Shown: positions 49,243-61,881 of the stretch, piece after piece
How positions within the stretch are numbered: the stretch's first letter is position 1
Layout of the letters: each line of letters begins with the position of its first letter
Source of the DNA: Acanthaster planci
Lineage: Eukaryota
Assembly (NCBI RefSeq): GCF_001949145.1
Contig: NW_019091400.1
Location: 930,001 to 992,000, forward strand
Direction of reading: 5' to 3'
Length of the DNA stretch: 62,000 bases
The notes under the pieces: model-generated
Databases searched by the model: none
What the model was told of the DNA's origin: nothing
What the model saw: only the letters and a program-made list of their open reading frames with translations
Position numbers and translations under genes: made by a program

Positions 49243-49691
49243 TTATACGTCTTGTTTTGCGAGGTTAAACTTCTTCATAGCGTTTTCCCAGTGCTTATCC
49301 GAGACTTGAAAAAGGTCTTTCATTTTAGATTCAGTTTCTCCAGTTGTGTCTTGATAACACACCGCGATTAAAGCCTTCAACGGTTCGCCCCTAGAGATCT
49401 TACCGTTTAAAACTTGGTTTAACTTGTATTCTATTTCGCCCGCTTCGCCGTTTTTAAAACAAATGTTATACTTCTGCAACGTTTTTCTCGATTTTGGCGG
49501 CTTAGGTTTTTTCCAAACGTGATGATTAAAGTACCGATCTCCCATTTCTGCGGGAGTGTACGCGGAAACCCACCCAAAAATTTGGCCGCAATGTTTACAC
49601 GCTAATCTTTCGTCCATTTCAACTATTTGGTGGTTACAAGTTGGCCTCGGTTGTACATTTCTCGTTGCCCCAATTATGTGTACTTCCTTTC
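49243..49691 (-). CDS. TFIIB-like protein (Zn ribbon plus one cyclin-fold repeat); 5' end in gap
   Basis: CNH-x9-CKHCG zinc ribbon, then GKISRGEPLKALIAVCY resembling TFIIB RGR...AIAAACLY. Confidence 0.55.
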
Positions 49692-50420
49692 NNNNNNNNN
49701 NNNNNNNNNNNNNNNNNNNNNNNNNNNNNNNNNNNNNNNNNNNNNNNNNNNNNNNNNNNNNNNNNNNNNNNNNNNNNNNNNNNNNNNNNNNNNNNNNNNN
49801 NNNNNNNNNNNNNNNNNNNNNNNNNNNNNNNNNNNNNNNNNNNNNNNNNNNNNNNNNNNNNNNNNNNNNNNNNNNNNNNNNNNNNNNNNNNNNNNNNNNN
49901 NNNNNNNNNNNNNNNNNNNNNNNNNNNNNNNNNNNNNNNNNNNNNNNNNNNNNNNNNNNNNNNNNNNNNNNNNNNNNNNNNNNNNNNNNNNNNNNNNNNN
50001 NNNNNNNNNNNNNNNNNNNNNNNNNNNNNNNNNNNNNNNNNNNNNNNNNNNNNNNNNNNNNNNNNNNNNNNNNNNNNNNNNNNNNNNNNNNNNNNNNNNN
50101 NNNNNNNNNNNNNNNNNNNNNNNNNNNNNNNNNNNNNNNNNNNNNNNNNNNNNNNNNNNNNNNNNNNNNNNNNNNNNNNNNNNNNNNNNNNNNNNNNNNN
50201 NNNNNNNNNNNNNNNNNNNNNNNNNNNNNNNNNNNNNNNNNNNNNNNNNNNNNNNNNNNNNNNNNNNNNNNNNNNNNNNNNNNNNNNNNNNNNNNNNNNN
50301 NNNNNNNNNNNNNNNNNNNNNNNNNNNNNNNNNNNNNNNNNNNNNNNNNNNNNNNNNNNNNNNNNNNNNNNNNNNNNNNNNNNNNNNNNNNNNNNNNNNN
50401 NNNNAAAATTTTTCTCATTT

Positions 50421-50957
50421 TTATTCGGACGGGATTTCTACTTTAATTAAATGTTCGACGTCAGCGTTGTATTCAATAATTAATCCAATTTTGTATAAGT
50501 CCGCGTCGAGTTTAGTAGCTGAGTCGGGCAATGACTCGTTCTCTCGCACGTGCCTCAGCTTTTTATGCTTGCCGTCTACGAGAACCACGTGATCCATTCC
50601 TTCCAACTCGTCACAATTTACGCAGCAGGTGCAGTACGTACAACCAAAACACTCGATACAATTGGCACAGTCGTAACAGTCCTCACAACTGTCCAAGGCA
50701 TTCGAATTTCTGCAGTCGTATGAATTAAAACAAGTCACGCAATTTATACATCTACTGCAATCGTCGCTGGTGAGGCAGTCATTACATCTGACGCAGTCTT
50801 GACATTCTTGACAATTGCGACATTCTTTACAACCGGTGCATTTGAGTAAACTTTTGGAATTAAAACAACGAGAGCAATCGTACGAATCTATCAAGTCGAC
50901 CGAATTACTCGTGTCTTTGCAAAAATAACAATTCACGTTTGTAGTTTGATCTGCCAT
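50421..50957 (-). CDS. 178-aa cysteine-rich (Cxx)n repeat protein
   Basis: Intact ORF with a long run of CxxCxxC periodicity. First gene after the right TIR. Confidence 0.75.
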   Translation of the reverse strand: MADQTTNVNCYFCKDTSNSVDLIDSYDCSRCFNSKSLLKCTGCKECRNCQECQDCVRCNDCLTSDDCSRCINCVTCFNSYDCRNSNALDSCEDCYDCANCIECFGCTYCTCCVNCDELEGMDHVVLVDGKHKKLRHVRENESLPDSATKLDADLYKIGLIIEYNADVEHLIKVEIPSE

Positions 50958-50999
50958 TTATTTTTATGTATTTTTATTTTTTTTATCAATTTTTTCTCG

Positions 51000-51238
51000 C
51001 GAGTTGTTTACAGCCGAGGTCAAAAGGTGAGCGAGAATTCCCCTAGTTTTTTGGGTCGATGTACTACCCAGGGGTTTTGATCAAAAACTGGGGGTTCACG
51101 ACAATTCCAGGATTTTCCCATTTTTTCCCATTTAAAGGGTTTCGAGGGCTTTTTGGGTCGTATAGGTACCCAAGGGTTTTGAGCAGAAACCGGGCAAAAA
51201 GGGGCGTTTGGGCCAGAACTGTCCATTTACATACTACT
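51000..51238 (-). repeat. Right terminal inverted repeat
   Basis: Reverse complement of the left TIR, ending ...CATTTACATACTACT. Confidence 0.92.
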
Positions 51239-51460
51239 AGTTTTCTATGACACAAATACAAAAATATATTGAGCTAAATTAGAAACACTTAAGATTTCGG
51301 TGGTGCGCGTCACCAATGGTGCGCTTGTCAGTAACAAATATAACAAAATGTCTTTCTATTCCACTGATCTGCCGAATTCCCCTCCAGGTGCATGTTCTAA
51401 GTACTTGTTGGGGGTGTTGAAGACAGCACCCCAAACTTATCTGACGCGGCGGCCGCCGCC

Positions 51461-51526
51461 ATGTGGGAACTATTGAGGGCGCCCTTCCATTCTAAACCTA
51501 ATTATGGCGCATCGGCGCGGGGATCG
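51461..51526 (+). other. Candidate first exon of the dystrophin-family gene (CpG-rich, Kozak ATG, GTAAGT donor)
   Basis: GCCGCCGCCATG at 51452-51463, open to a GTAAGT donor at 51527. Its phase 0 does not join directly to the phase-1 acceptor at 54029/54035. Confidence 0.35.
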
Positions 51527-51988
51527 GTAAGTTTTGAACAGAACGGTAACTTTTCATCTAGGCCTAGGGGCCTCCATGTAGCTCAATTAGTAGACCAGTA
51601 ATAGTACAGTTCACTACCAATTAGGCAATGTTTTGTTGCAATACACCTTGGTACTATTCTCTTCTTATTTGTATCTTGCTGCCAGCTACATTGTACTGTC
51701 CAAACTCCATCCCTGCAGATAGCCCCACTAGTGTGGCATGGACGCTCACTCCCGCTCGTTCCTTAGCCACACATCCGTATACGCAATTTCGTGTCGGCGT
51801 ACTGAAAATTTTTGGTGCACCTACTTATCATCGTGGGCGCAATTTTTTGCACACAGAGATGATCCTGAGCCTCTCTGTTTTCTTAGCGCCATTTATTGAA
51901 GGATTTCACTCACATTGTTCTGGTATATTCCAGTCTTTTGGCCTTCACCCATTCAATCTCACTGGCTCACTCTCACAGACGCTGTCGT

Positions 51989-52184
51989 TGTTGAACATTA
52001 CATCACTTGACCCCTCATCGTCTTGACGGCTGCTCCACATCAAGACATATCTAAACTGCCACCCAAGTTTTGGAAGAGCCCATTGGTACATGTAGTATCT
52101 TATCGCTCAGTCCATGTATTAGATATGTCTTGACATGGAACAGCCATTGAGACGATGAGGGGTCAAGTGACGTCATGTTCAACG
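51989..52184. mobile_element. Palindromic MITE
   Basis: ~65 bp imperfect inverted arms GTTGAACATTACATCACTTGACCCCTCATCGTC... / ...GACGATGAGGGGTCAAGTGACGTCATGTTCAAC. Confidence 0.75.
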
Positions 52185-52333
52185 ACTTTGTTTTAAAGAT
52201 GGCAACTTTGAGAGCCTAGCAAGGTAAAAACTTTCATTATTAAGCGTACTTTCTAGAACTCGAGACGAAAGTACTCTGTCATACTCTGTGTGAGTTTGGT
52301 TACATGTAGAGAAGACAAGGTTTAAATTGCGTC

Positions 52334-52347
52334 GTAACCATGGTAAC
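52334..52347. promoter_or_regulatory. RFX X-box-like palindrome
   Basis: GTAACCATGGTAAC fits GTNRCC-AT-GGYAAC. Confidence 0.4.
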
Positions 52348-54028
52348 GCTATGGGGTTTGGAAATCAAATTGTGGCGAAATGGTTTACACATGTGTCAGA
52401 AAGCTATTAAATCAAATTTTCCCTGTCAGCAAACCTGCTTAAAATGTAGGCTAGGCCTATGGGGCCTACCCCCTAAAAAGTGGGATAACCAAGTTTCACA
52501 GCATGAGACAGAGTAGGCCTATTTTTGAGAAATGAGTAAAGATTTTTGCCCACCAATTTCTCACTTCCACCCGTTAATTGTTGCTCCGTTCATGCCGTTC
52601 GTGTTTATCAGTCTGCACATGCATCGAACCCACCAATGACCGCGCTTGTTGTTTTCATCGTGGGATCGTCCTGGCTGCTAGTGCTGCTGTGACCTGGAAA
52701 CACACATCGGGTGAGACTCGCAACATGTGCTGCGCCGTGTCTGTATATCTGGGACAAATACAATCATCATTGCATCCTCCAGCCCGAGTTGATTTTATAG
52801 AACATCCCAGATTTGCCTCCAAAGGCAGCACGTTCAACTCTTCTGTGCATGAATCTGTAAACAAATACTTAACACTCCTGGGAAAGTGGACAATGAGTAT
52901 GGAATTTATTTCTGGCAGCTCAATACTTGATCCTGCATGATCAACCTCGTAGCTGGCTACGAGGTCAACATGTCACACAAATGTCGTACCCACATAACCT
53001 GTGTATTTTTGATTGGCAGGGTATTCTGCAGTACATGTACATGTAGGTTACTTTCTCTTCAACGTATGTGCCATCTTGTTCAAGGGACGAAAAAAACACA
53101 ACTGGGAATGTTGATAGATGTGAGCTCATATTGGAATTTGGAATGAACGCATGATGACTTGGAAGAGCATAAGATTTCAATTGATGTACTGGCTCAGCAA
53201 TGCGAGCTCTTTTTGACCCGTAAGCAAGATAGCACATATTACAGTTAAGGTACTCATTTGATGGTGCAGTCTTCCATTGGAAAAAGTATAACTGGTAGCA
53301 GTTTGTCATGTTCTGGCATGGGCAGTTTAGTGAAATGGTTTATGTTAATGTGGTTGTAGAACCTTGATTGGCTCCTTTGTCGATGGTGAAGTGATGAATA
53401 TTGACGTCTATCAGGATTTTCCTGATTTCAGGATTGTTCAGTTGATCTCTTGTTAAATCTGTTAATCCTGAATTTACCATTAAGGTGCTTTTACGTTTAA
53501 AAGTTGATACAAAACATAAGGAACAGGCATTTTAAGAGGTGCCAGGGGAAAACACAAATACCTATGCGGCTCACTAAACCTCAAGTGATTATTTCTGGGA
53601 TATTGCATTTTCTCCCAATATCACACCTGAATAGAAGCAAACAGAAATTTGACGCATGAGCTCAGCATAGCCTTTGCCTAATGCACACATTTGTTAGCTC
53701 ACACAGTGAGTTGCCACCATTCGCTGCTATGGAAAAACACTGCCATGGAGGACACTGATGTGGGCTTCATAGTCTTGGTATTTAAGAGGCATGTTACATG
53801 TATGTGACTGTTATTTGTATTAAAATGGAGGGCATATCTAATCCTAGAGGCTTTTAAGAAAAAAAAAGGAATAAAAAAAATATGAAATTTACATATGTGC
53901 ATGTACCGTACGTACATGTGCATGTTCCAAATGACCTGGACCTTTAAAATTTGTAAAGTCACTTGATGAGAAGTCAAAATATGACAATGAAGTGACAAAG
54001 TATAACATTCTAAGTTGTTTATGTGCAG

Positions 54029-57000
54029 AAACAGGAAGATCTGATATCCATACATCAAGGAAATTTGTCATGGACAAATTGTGGGAGAAAGCAGTGACCA
54101 ATACTGGCATTCCATATTACATCAAGTAAGTTAAAAATGATGAAACAACCCCTTTTTTCACAAATACATTGTATCAACCCTATTCCCTACCCAGGGTTGC
54201 CCAACCTGTTTGTTGGGGGGTGATTTAATTTGTACCATGCAAAACAGTCAAGGAAATTTCTCTATTAATTAAAAAATAGGCTGAATATATGCTTTTCCTT
54301 CACCATAGTGTTACAAAAACTTAATATTAGTATTTCTTTGAACTGTGCACCAACATGTACATGCATGTCTTTCACACGTTTTGACGGAGCATATTCACTT
54401 TTGGTAAGATAACATTTACTGATTGGAATATGCCCAAATTTAACTGCGCTGTTACCGTCATGGAGATTTTTTTGTGTCGTTTTTGCTTTAGCCATATTTC
54501 AGAGAGGACACAATGGGACCACCCAGAGTTTGTCAAAGCGTTATGGATGCTGGGTGAGTTAGGCAGTGATATGGGATTCCTGTTCGTGTATCTTCCATTC
54601 ATTTTTTTCTGTATTGAATGGTTGGTTGATTGGCCAAAACTAGATCACTGGCATCTACATGTAGATTGATTGAGTCCTAAGAAAGGTGGTAAAATAGCAT
54701 CTATATACAAATGTTACTGTCTGTGAGCCCGTTCAGTACTATAATTGAGTGTGCTTAACACGAAGAGCAGTGCAGGTCGCTCAAGAACATCACAATGCAT
54801 GCCTGAGGTTGACTCTATGAGCATAGCCCTACACTGACTTGTTCACACTCTGAACTAGCTTGGCATCATGGGCTTTGTTTTCAAATTGCCTTTTTTTACT
54901 TCTTGAAATACTAAAGTGGCCCATTTGTCAAACTGGGTCACAGATATTCCAAATGTTAATGAACAGTTGAAAGCTGCAGGTAATTGCATGTAGCTAATTC
55001 AATAACAAGTAGCAGTGAGAGTATGTGGTACGGTTGTGCAAGGGTGCTCAGTCCACTTGCTGAGACTATCTCTAACCTTGCCAAAATTCTTCAACTCACA
55101 GACGACCTGGGCAGCATCCAGCTTGCAGAGTACAGGGCAGCCATGAAGCTGAGAATGCTGCAAAAACTCCTCAACTGTAAGCATTCCACCCCCCTCTCCC
55201 CCGGTACTTTAATATCATTCGTATTCAGTCAAGTTAAAGCTCACATCAGATATTCAGAGGCACACGACAAGGGCAGTTTCGTTCCTGATTTCACCTTTTT
55301 TCTTTTTCTTTAGTGGATTTCGTTGACCTGTCAACAATCAATTCAGCTTTTGAGCAGCATGGTTTCCCTTGTCGCAGCGACAGCTTTCTGAGCATTTCTG
55401 AGCTGTACAGCATCATCTATGAGGTGTTCTATATGACGTATTCCCGTAGACACAGTAGCATGGTGAATGTGGAAGCTAGTACAGATGTAGTTGTAAACTG
55501 GATATTCAATCTGTGTGACATGTGAGTATGAACCTTTGAAATTCAAAACCCAAGTTTTAATACGAGCGATTCACAATAGTGCACCACCAAGAGTTTGCAA
55601 CACGTTGCCAATCATAACGCGCGAAATTTGACGACCCTTTCCTAACGCACATTGGGTTCGACAAATTTTACGCATTGCAACTGGCCAACGCGTTGGAAAC
55701 TTTTGGTGACGCACTATTGTGAAAGGGCCATATTTCATGGCGCTGCTTAGCATATTATTTTATTCTTACAGAGGTTCCGTGTATTTTCATGAAGAACATG
55801 TTAGTAAGCACAGCAAAAAGCACGGTTACCTTGAAGGAAAAATGTGCTTAACGTAGTGACAAAACGATGGAAGTCTCTTCATGCATGCGCAAGCATAGGC
55901 ACAACCATGTCAAGCACTGCCATGAAAAATGCTTAGCAAAACTATCTGCTACAGTAAGCCTGACTTTTCTGCTATAATCCAGCCACAGTTGATTTTCATG
56001 GGGTTGAAGCCACTTGAGAATTCAAAGAATGTGCTATTTTTGATTTTGGGTGTGTCAGAAATCTTTCATCAAATTCCTACAGGGCCACACCCTAATACAT
56101 GCGCATCTGATCCTCCAAGGCACGTCGATAACCACAAGGTTCCTCAATATCTGCCTCGGTTTATTAGATGTACGTGTATACATATACTTTCATGGATTAA
56201 GATGACTTTAGGTCATGTACTAAGCACCGTGAGTATCCCTTGTTGTCATCTGGTGTTTAGTCCAATGCACATCATTTTTGAGCCTTTGTTTTCCCGGCAA
56301 CTTTGTAAGCCTAAGTTTCAGAGTTCTGAGAAAGGTGACATTTGGTGAACGTACATGTCCATGTTCATTGAAAATGCACATTTACTTGCTTTCAGAATGT
56401 TTTGTACTTTGCCCTGTCATTTCAGGGGTCGCGCTGGATACGTCAAAGTTCTTTCTGCCAAGATATGCACAGTGGCACTCTGTGCAAGCCAACTCACTGA
56501 AAAATACCAGTGTAAGTAATTTTTGTCTGAACTTATCGTGATGAGCTGCTTTGTTAAAGCAAGTTGCCAAGGAAAGGTCATGGTTTCATGAAGTCCACTT
56601 GACCTCGGAACCTCTTTCCCTGAGCAATCAGCAAAATGAGCAGGAAGTTTTTCATTGTGTTCACGTCTTCAATTTATTTTCAAATTTTTCTAAGTAGGGG
56701 GACTTCTTACGCGTCAGCTTTTTGCTAGCTGTTTTCAGCTTTAATTTTAAGTGGCCACTCACACCCCTAGTGGATTTGAATAAGTACTTAACTTTAAAAA
56801 CATGCAAGTCATACAGTTGTAAACAGGTTCCCAGATGAGGCAACATTTTGAATAATGGCATGTCTGTTTTTGGTAATTAGACTGGTACCAGCAACTGGCT
56901 GACAGAGCAGGGGGCATCAGTCGTCACAACATGATAACCTTCCTTCAAGATCTCATTAGGGTATGGGTAAAACTGACGCTGCCTTTATATCTAGGATGGC

Positions 57001-60000
57001 ATATTTTTGTATCTTGGACAAGGACTGATAATTCTCAACCTGAACTGTTTTGTAGTTTGGGAAATTTAGTTCAGATTTGTACATTTGTAATTTCATCAAT
57101 ACACTGCAGCCAATTCTATTTTTGAAATAAAAACTAAACAAAAGATTATAACCCTGTCAATCCTCAGTAATTCCTCTGTTGGAAGGTTGAGGTCTTTGGG
57201 ATTAATGATATTTTCATCAACGACGTGTTTGGACTAGTTTGACCAGCCAAATAATTGGAGTAGCCCATAAGGGCACAGGGTTTTATATCTTTGTGGTCAC
57301 TGGAAAGGCTTTTGACAGCTGTGCTCATTGGTTAACTTACACACTTCTTCAGATTATATCTGATTATCGTACAAAATGACTGGACAGGTCCTGCATCAGA
57401 TTGCTGGAGTAACTCCTACTTTTCCTTCCTTTCTTCATCTCTTTGAAGATAACGGAGCTAATCAATGAAAGTGCTTCTTTAGGTAGAAATGCCGTGGCTG
57501 CCGTCAACAGCTGTTTTGCTACGGTGAGTTCACCGATAAACTTCTGTGCGGTAAACTAAGGCCGTAACCGAAGTCTGTATCTGGCAAGAGTACCTGTCCC
57601 CATGGAAGTCATTAGACGGAAATTATAGCCATTTTCCTTTAAGGCGTATGACTGCAGCCAAAGCCCAGTAATTTGGAGACTTTATAAAATCTGGTTTAAC
57701 TTGTAATCTTTTGTACTGTGAAAATATTACAAAACATCCTCAATTTTTTTCTGTGGTACCTAATTCAAAGTGTTTTTACAAGTGATGTTTTAATCGAACA
57801 AATCCTTACAAATGCAGACTCAAGTAAATTTTTCACTGAATCAAGAAATATATTTAAATTGTTAGAGAGTATGACTTTTTAAAATCTTTACTCGTTAGAC
57901 AAATTTGCAGTGGCTGAAAGTTTTTCCAGAACAGGGGACTTAATATATCTCCTGTCCTTTGGCACACTATTTACCTTAGAGCAAATATTTGATTTAGCAT
58001 CATTTGTTGACCGGTCTAGGTAATCGGAACCACTGTCTCCCAGGATCGTTACATGAACTGGCTGATGGCTGAACCACAGACTATAGTGTGGTTACCCACA
58101 ATGCACCGCTTGGCAGCCTCTGAGAATAGTAAGTCCAAGGATCTGACCAAATTCTCAACCTTTCAAATTATTTCAATTTTTAAATGCTGTTGATTGTTAT
58201 TAGTGGTATTAATTGCCATATGACATTATGTCATAAAAGACTGTCTCAGGTAAGGACTGAATCACAGTTTATGTTCATAAAAACTCAAAAAGGACTAATA
58301 AAAATACGAGAAAGCAGAAAAACCTGTTTGAATACATAAAAAGGCAATGTCACACTTCATTTTTTTTTTTATGCTAAATGTAGGAAGGGATTAAAGATGA
58401 TGAAAATTAAAGAGTTTCAACTCCAAATAACAAACAGTAATCTAGAAAAGCAGATTTTTATAAAACAATCATGGTTTTAACAAAGAAAATCAAACCCATG
58501 ACCTATGGAGTGATCCCAAATAGTTACATTTCCAAGACTGGTAGCGTTGCATACATTAGTAGAATTCCCAACCTTCAAAATTGAGCTGTAGAGATTGTAA
58601 GGGTTTTTTCATTGCCTTAAACCACTTCATGCCGGGGGCATTTATAAATGTCGATTCAGCTGGGCCGGGAATTTTTCATTTTTCTCAGTTTTCAACATTC
58701 CTTAAAAATTCATATCTTCATTTGCTGGACACTAACAACCAGACAAAGGATTGTCAGGTGGTTACTCTAATCTGACAAACAATATCTATTGACTCCGGAG
58801 TATTTCTATACCNAAACAATGACCAACACAAAGGTGGGGGGGTGCTCTCTGTCCCATATCTTGCTTCAAATGTGTATTGCAGCCAGGCCTGCCGCCTGGT
58901 AAAAAGAGCCCCGATTGTGCAGTGTTGCATAATTTTCTTTATTCCTGAAAATGGCACAGTGCACTGCTGATGTCTTTTCAATAGGGGCCAGATTAGCATG
59001 CAGCAATTCTGTGTGGCTCATCACTGCAGCGATGGAACGCTTTATGTCCCGGGTTGTAATCCACAGGCACTGAATGCCACAAACCATGGTATACTGTTTC
59101 AAAACAAGGCTGGATTCTCTCCACTATTGACAGTGAAAATGTGTTGGTAATTCCCAGCAGCCTTGTCTTTTGTTACAAGGCCCAGTTACCTTCTTCTGAT
59201 TTCGGACACCCCAGCTGTGCATATAAAGATTACGTGCCCCGGCTCCCTGACAGCCAGTGGTTAACAGTTGACCTAAAAAGCAAAGACTGGCCATTTTGAG
59301 AGCACAGTTGGTGAAGTCTTGATAAGATATTTTTGAGAACACACGTTAAAATCCTTACCCAGTTTTCGTTACTGAGTTGAAATACAGATGAATCCACTTC
59401 ACTTTGATGTCTAATTTGTATTTCCAAAGGTACATCAGTTCTCAAGTCCAAGATTCAAATCCTGCCTCTCTCAGTTGTTGTTTCGATACCTTATTAGTTT
59501 TCAGCCAGCCGAGGCAGTTCTTTCCTGCAGAAGTTGAGATTCAGAGCTGCGACTAACAGACACTTGAGCTCTCATTAAGAGACTCAGAGAGATACTGAGA
59601 GGCCTGTGCCATATACATGTTTATTACTATTTGAATATTCAATTGACCTTAAAATATTTGAATATTAAATTTTTTTGATTTGAATATTCATTGTGCAATG
59701 CAATGAAATAAACAGGAAAATGCCCAGTTTTATCTGTAACCAAATTGCTTTTCTCAAGCTTAATCCAATACAAAAGAAATAGTTCTGGTTACCAACTAAC
59801 CTTATAGATGTTTTGTAATGATTGGAATACATGCATATCATTCTGTGTGTCAATAAAAATTATTTCTGAAGGGGCTTGTCAGACCAAAAATTCACTGTAC
59901 AGCCAAATATTTGATCAAATTTAGCTTGAATATTCGAATGATCAAATATTCAATCTGACTCAGCCCTAGTACTGAAGTCAGTCAAATTTCTAGCAGGTAT

Positions 60001-61881
60001 TTTGATGTAGAAACCAGCAGTAGGACAAACTCTTCTCTTCTTTCCAGTGAGACATGAAGTTAAATGCAACATCTGCAAGATGGTCCCCATCATCGGACTC
60101 CGCTTCAGGTGCATGAAGTGTCTCAACTATGACATGTGCCAGGATTGCTTCTTTGTCGGCATGGCAACCAAGAAACACAAACTCTCCCACCCAACTCAGG
60201 AGTATGTCTTCGGGGTAAGAGCAAAAAGTGATTTTTCTTACCAGTACGCGCTTTATTAAAGGAATCATGATTTACATCATGGAACACATCAGTCTTTGGG
60301 ATCCATAGAATATTTGGTGTTTAGGATGTTTCCCTTCAATGCTAAATCTTATCAGCATAAATAAGTTCCCCGCCTCATTCTTCACAAGATGACATTCTGT
60401 GGGACTACAGCTGTCCTGACAGTGCTAAAGCTGTTCATCACAAAAGTTTCTTGGTGTAATTTGGCTTCTGTTTATAAAATCTGGTAACAATTTTTGTTTT
60501 CTGATAATCAGACTTCTTCTAAGGAAGACCTACGAGCCTTTGCCAAGACTATCCGCAACAAGCTGAGTAAGAAACATGGCCGCCGTGCCAAACCCAACTA
60601 CCTGCCCATAGATGATGGTATCCCAGATTCCTACTCATACAGGTAGACCTTTCAGATGTACTGACTGTTGTATGCAGGCTTTTTGTAAGGGCTATGACTG
60701 AGTGGCACTGGGTTGCAGAACACATAAATCTACTGAATAGGAGAAGTATTTTGACTCTTGAACACAAAGATGGTTGCTACCAAAAGCTCATCTGATATAT
60801 TCAATGTGTAAATGGTTTCAGAGCCGTTATGGTTTGGGGCTTGTTTTTTCCATTTAAATTTTACACATTACCATTTGCAATAAATACATGCATACTCTTT
60901 GGTTTATGTTTACCTGATCTGCCCAGAATATGTGAAATTATCATTGTTCCTGAATATACAGTAATAAACACTGCCTCATGTAATAAACAGGAACAATAAA
61001 GGAGCCATGTTTGAAGTAAAATTGAATATCAAAACTGAAAATGAACTGTGTCAGAATTTTAATATCAAATAAAGCAGCAGCTCAGGTAAATCTGACCCCA
61101 ACAAAATAATTCCTGCAAAAGAAATATTTGATACAGTTGTAAATAAGAAGGAAACAGTTTCCACATTAATTTGTAAGCGGAAATTATCACCTACATTTTC
61201 TCTCCAGGGATCCCTTAGAGCGGAAGGTTGACATGCATGTTCGCCTCGGCCACATTTCGGAAAAGTAAGGACTCAGGAGTTACTTTCTCCTTATGCTGTA
61301 GAGCACATAATTACTAGATAGATTAGCCTCCAAACAGCAAATGGGGATTACCGCTCACAAATAAACAAAACATCCATTTTTGTTGTTCTGATCGACTTTT
61401 GCAGGGTCAAAAAAGTTTGCTTAACATCAAAGGTAAACCTTCCACCTCCAGAAGGAGTAATCACAAAGTGTGAATATTTAGTCACATGCTAATAATAGTA
61501 AGTACAAAAGAAATTTTGGACCCAGGTTATTCTGGACCCATCACCTTGCTTGTGAGCAAGGTGAGGAGTGATTGATTCCTACGTTATGGTTTAATTTGTA
61601 TATATTCAGATTTCAGAGACTTGAAAAGTGGTTTATAAACTTGGTATTGCATTAGTACGGTATTCCATCTTCTACCACAGATTAGCTGCAGTTGAAGACA
61701 TGAAACCGGCCCGTCCATCCTCTGACACAACTACCCCCTCACCTGATAGTTGGACACGCCCATCTGAAACCTCCCCCGAGTCGGGTAGGTCGTCATCCAG
61801 AGGTCAGAAATCCTCGGCAGACCGGTCCAAGGAACACAGAGACCTGGAAGACTTGATAGATGTGCTGGAGCGAGAAAACGA
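54029..61881 (+). CDS. Dystrophin-family protein (WW, EF-hand region, ZZ zinc finger, coiled coil), partial. Exons 54029/54035-54125, 54492-54553, 55102-55176, 55314-55521, 56426-56511, 56881-56960, 57449-57523, 58020-58128, 60048-60214, 60512-60642, 61208-61264, 61681-61881; continues past the window
   Basis: Split WW domain [100 protein letters not shown]. All exon phases are compatible. Confidence 0.9.

Larger units (their letters stand above)
39499..51238. mobile_element. Non-autonomous Polinton/Maverick (adintovirus-like) endogenous viral element with ~4 kb inverted gene-bearing arms
   Basis: Termini 5'-AGTAGT...ACTACT-3', ~240 bp TIRs with the first 26 nt identical. TSD AGTTT (39494-39498 / 51239-51243), or TAGTTT if the last T belongs to the target. 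Dense intronless, CpG-rich ORFs unlike the host flanks. Confidence 0.88.

Noticed and set aside
39499..51238. Bacterial or phage contamination, or a complete autonomous Polinton
   Set aside because: Both ends are contiguous with host DNA and share a TSD. No core replication or capsid genes are visible and the stated gaps are too small for pPolB.
52578..52940. 120-aa ORF as a dystrophin 5' exon
   Set aside because: No family motif and no convincing in-phase splice sites.
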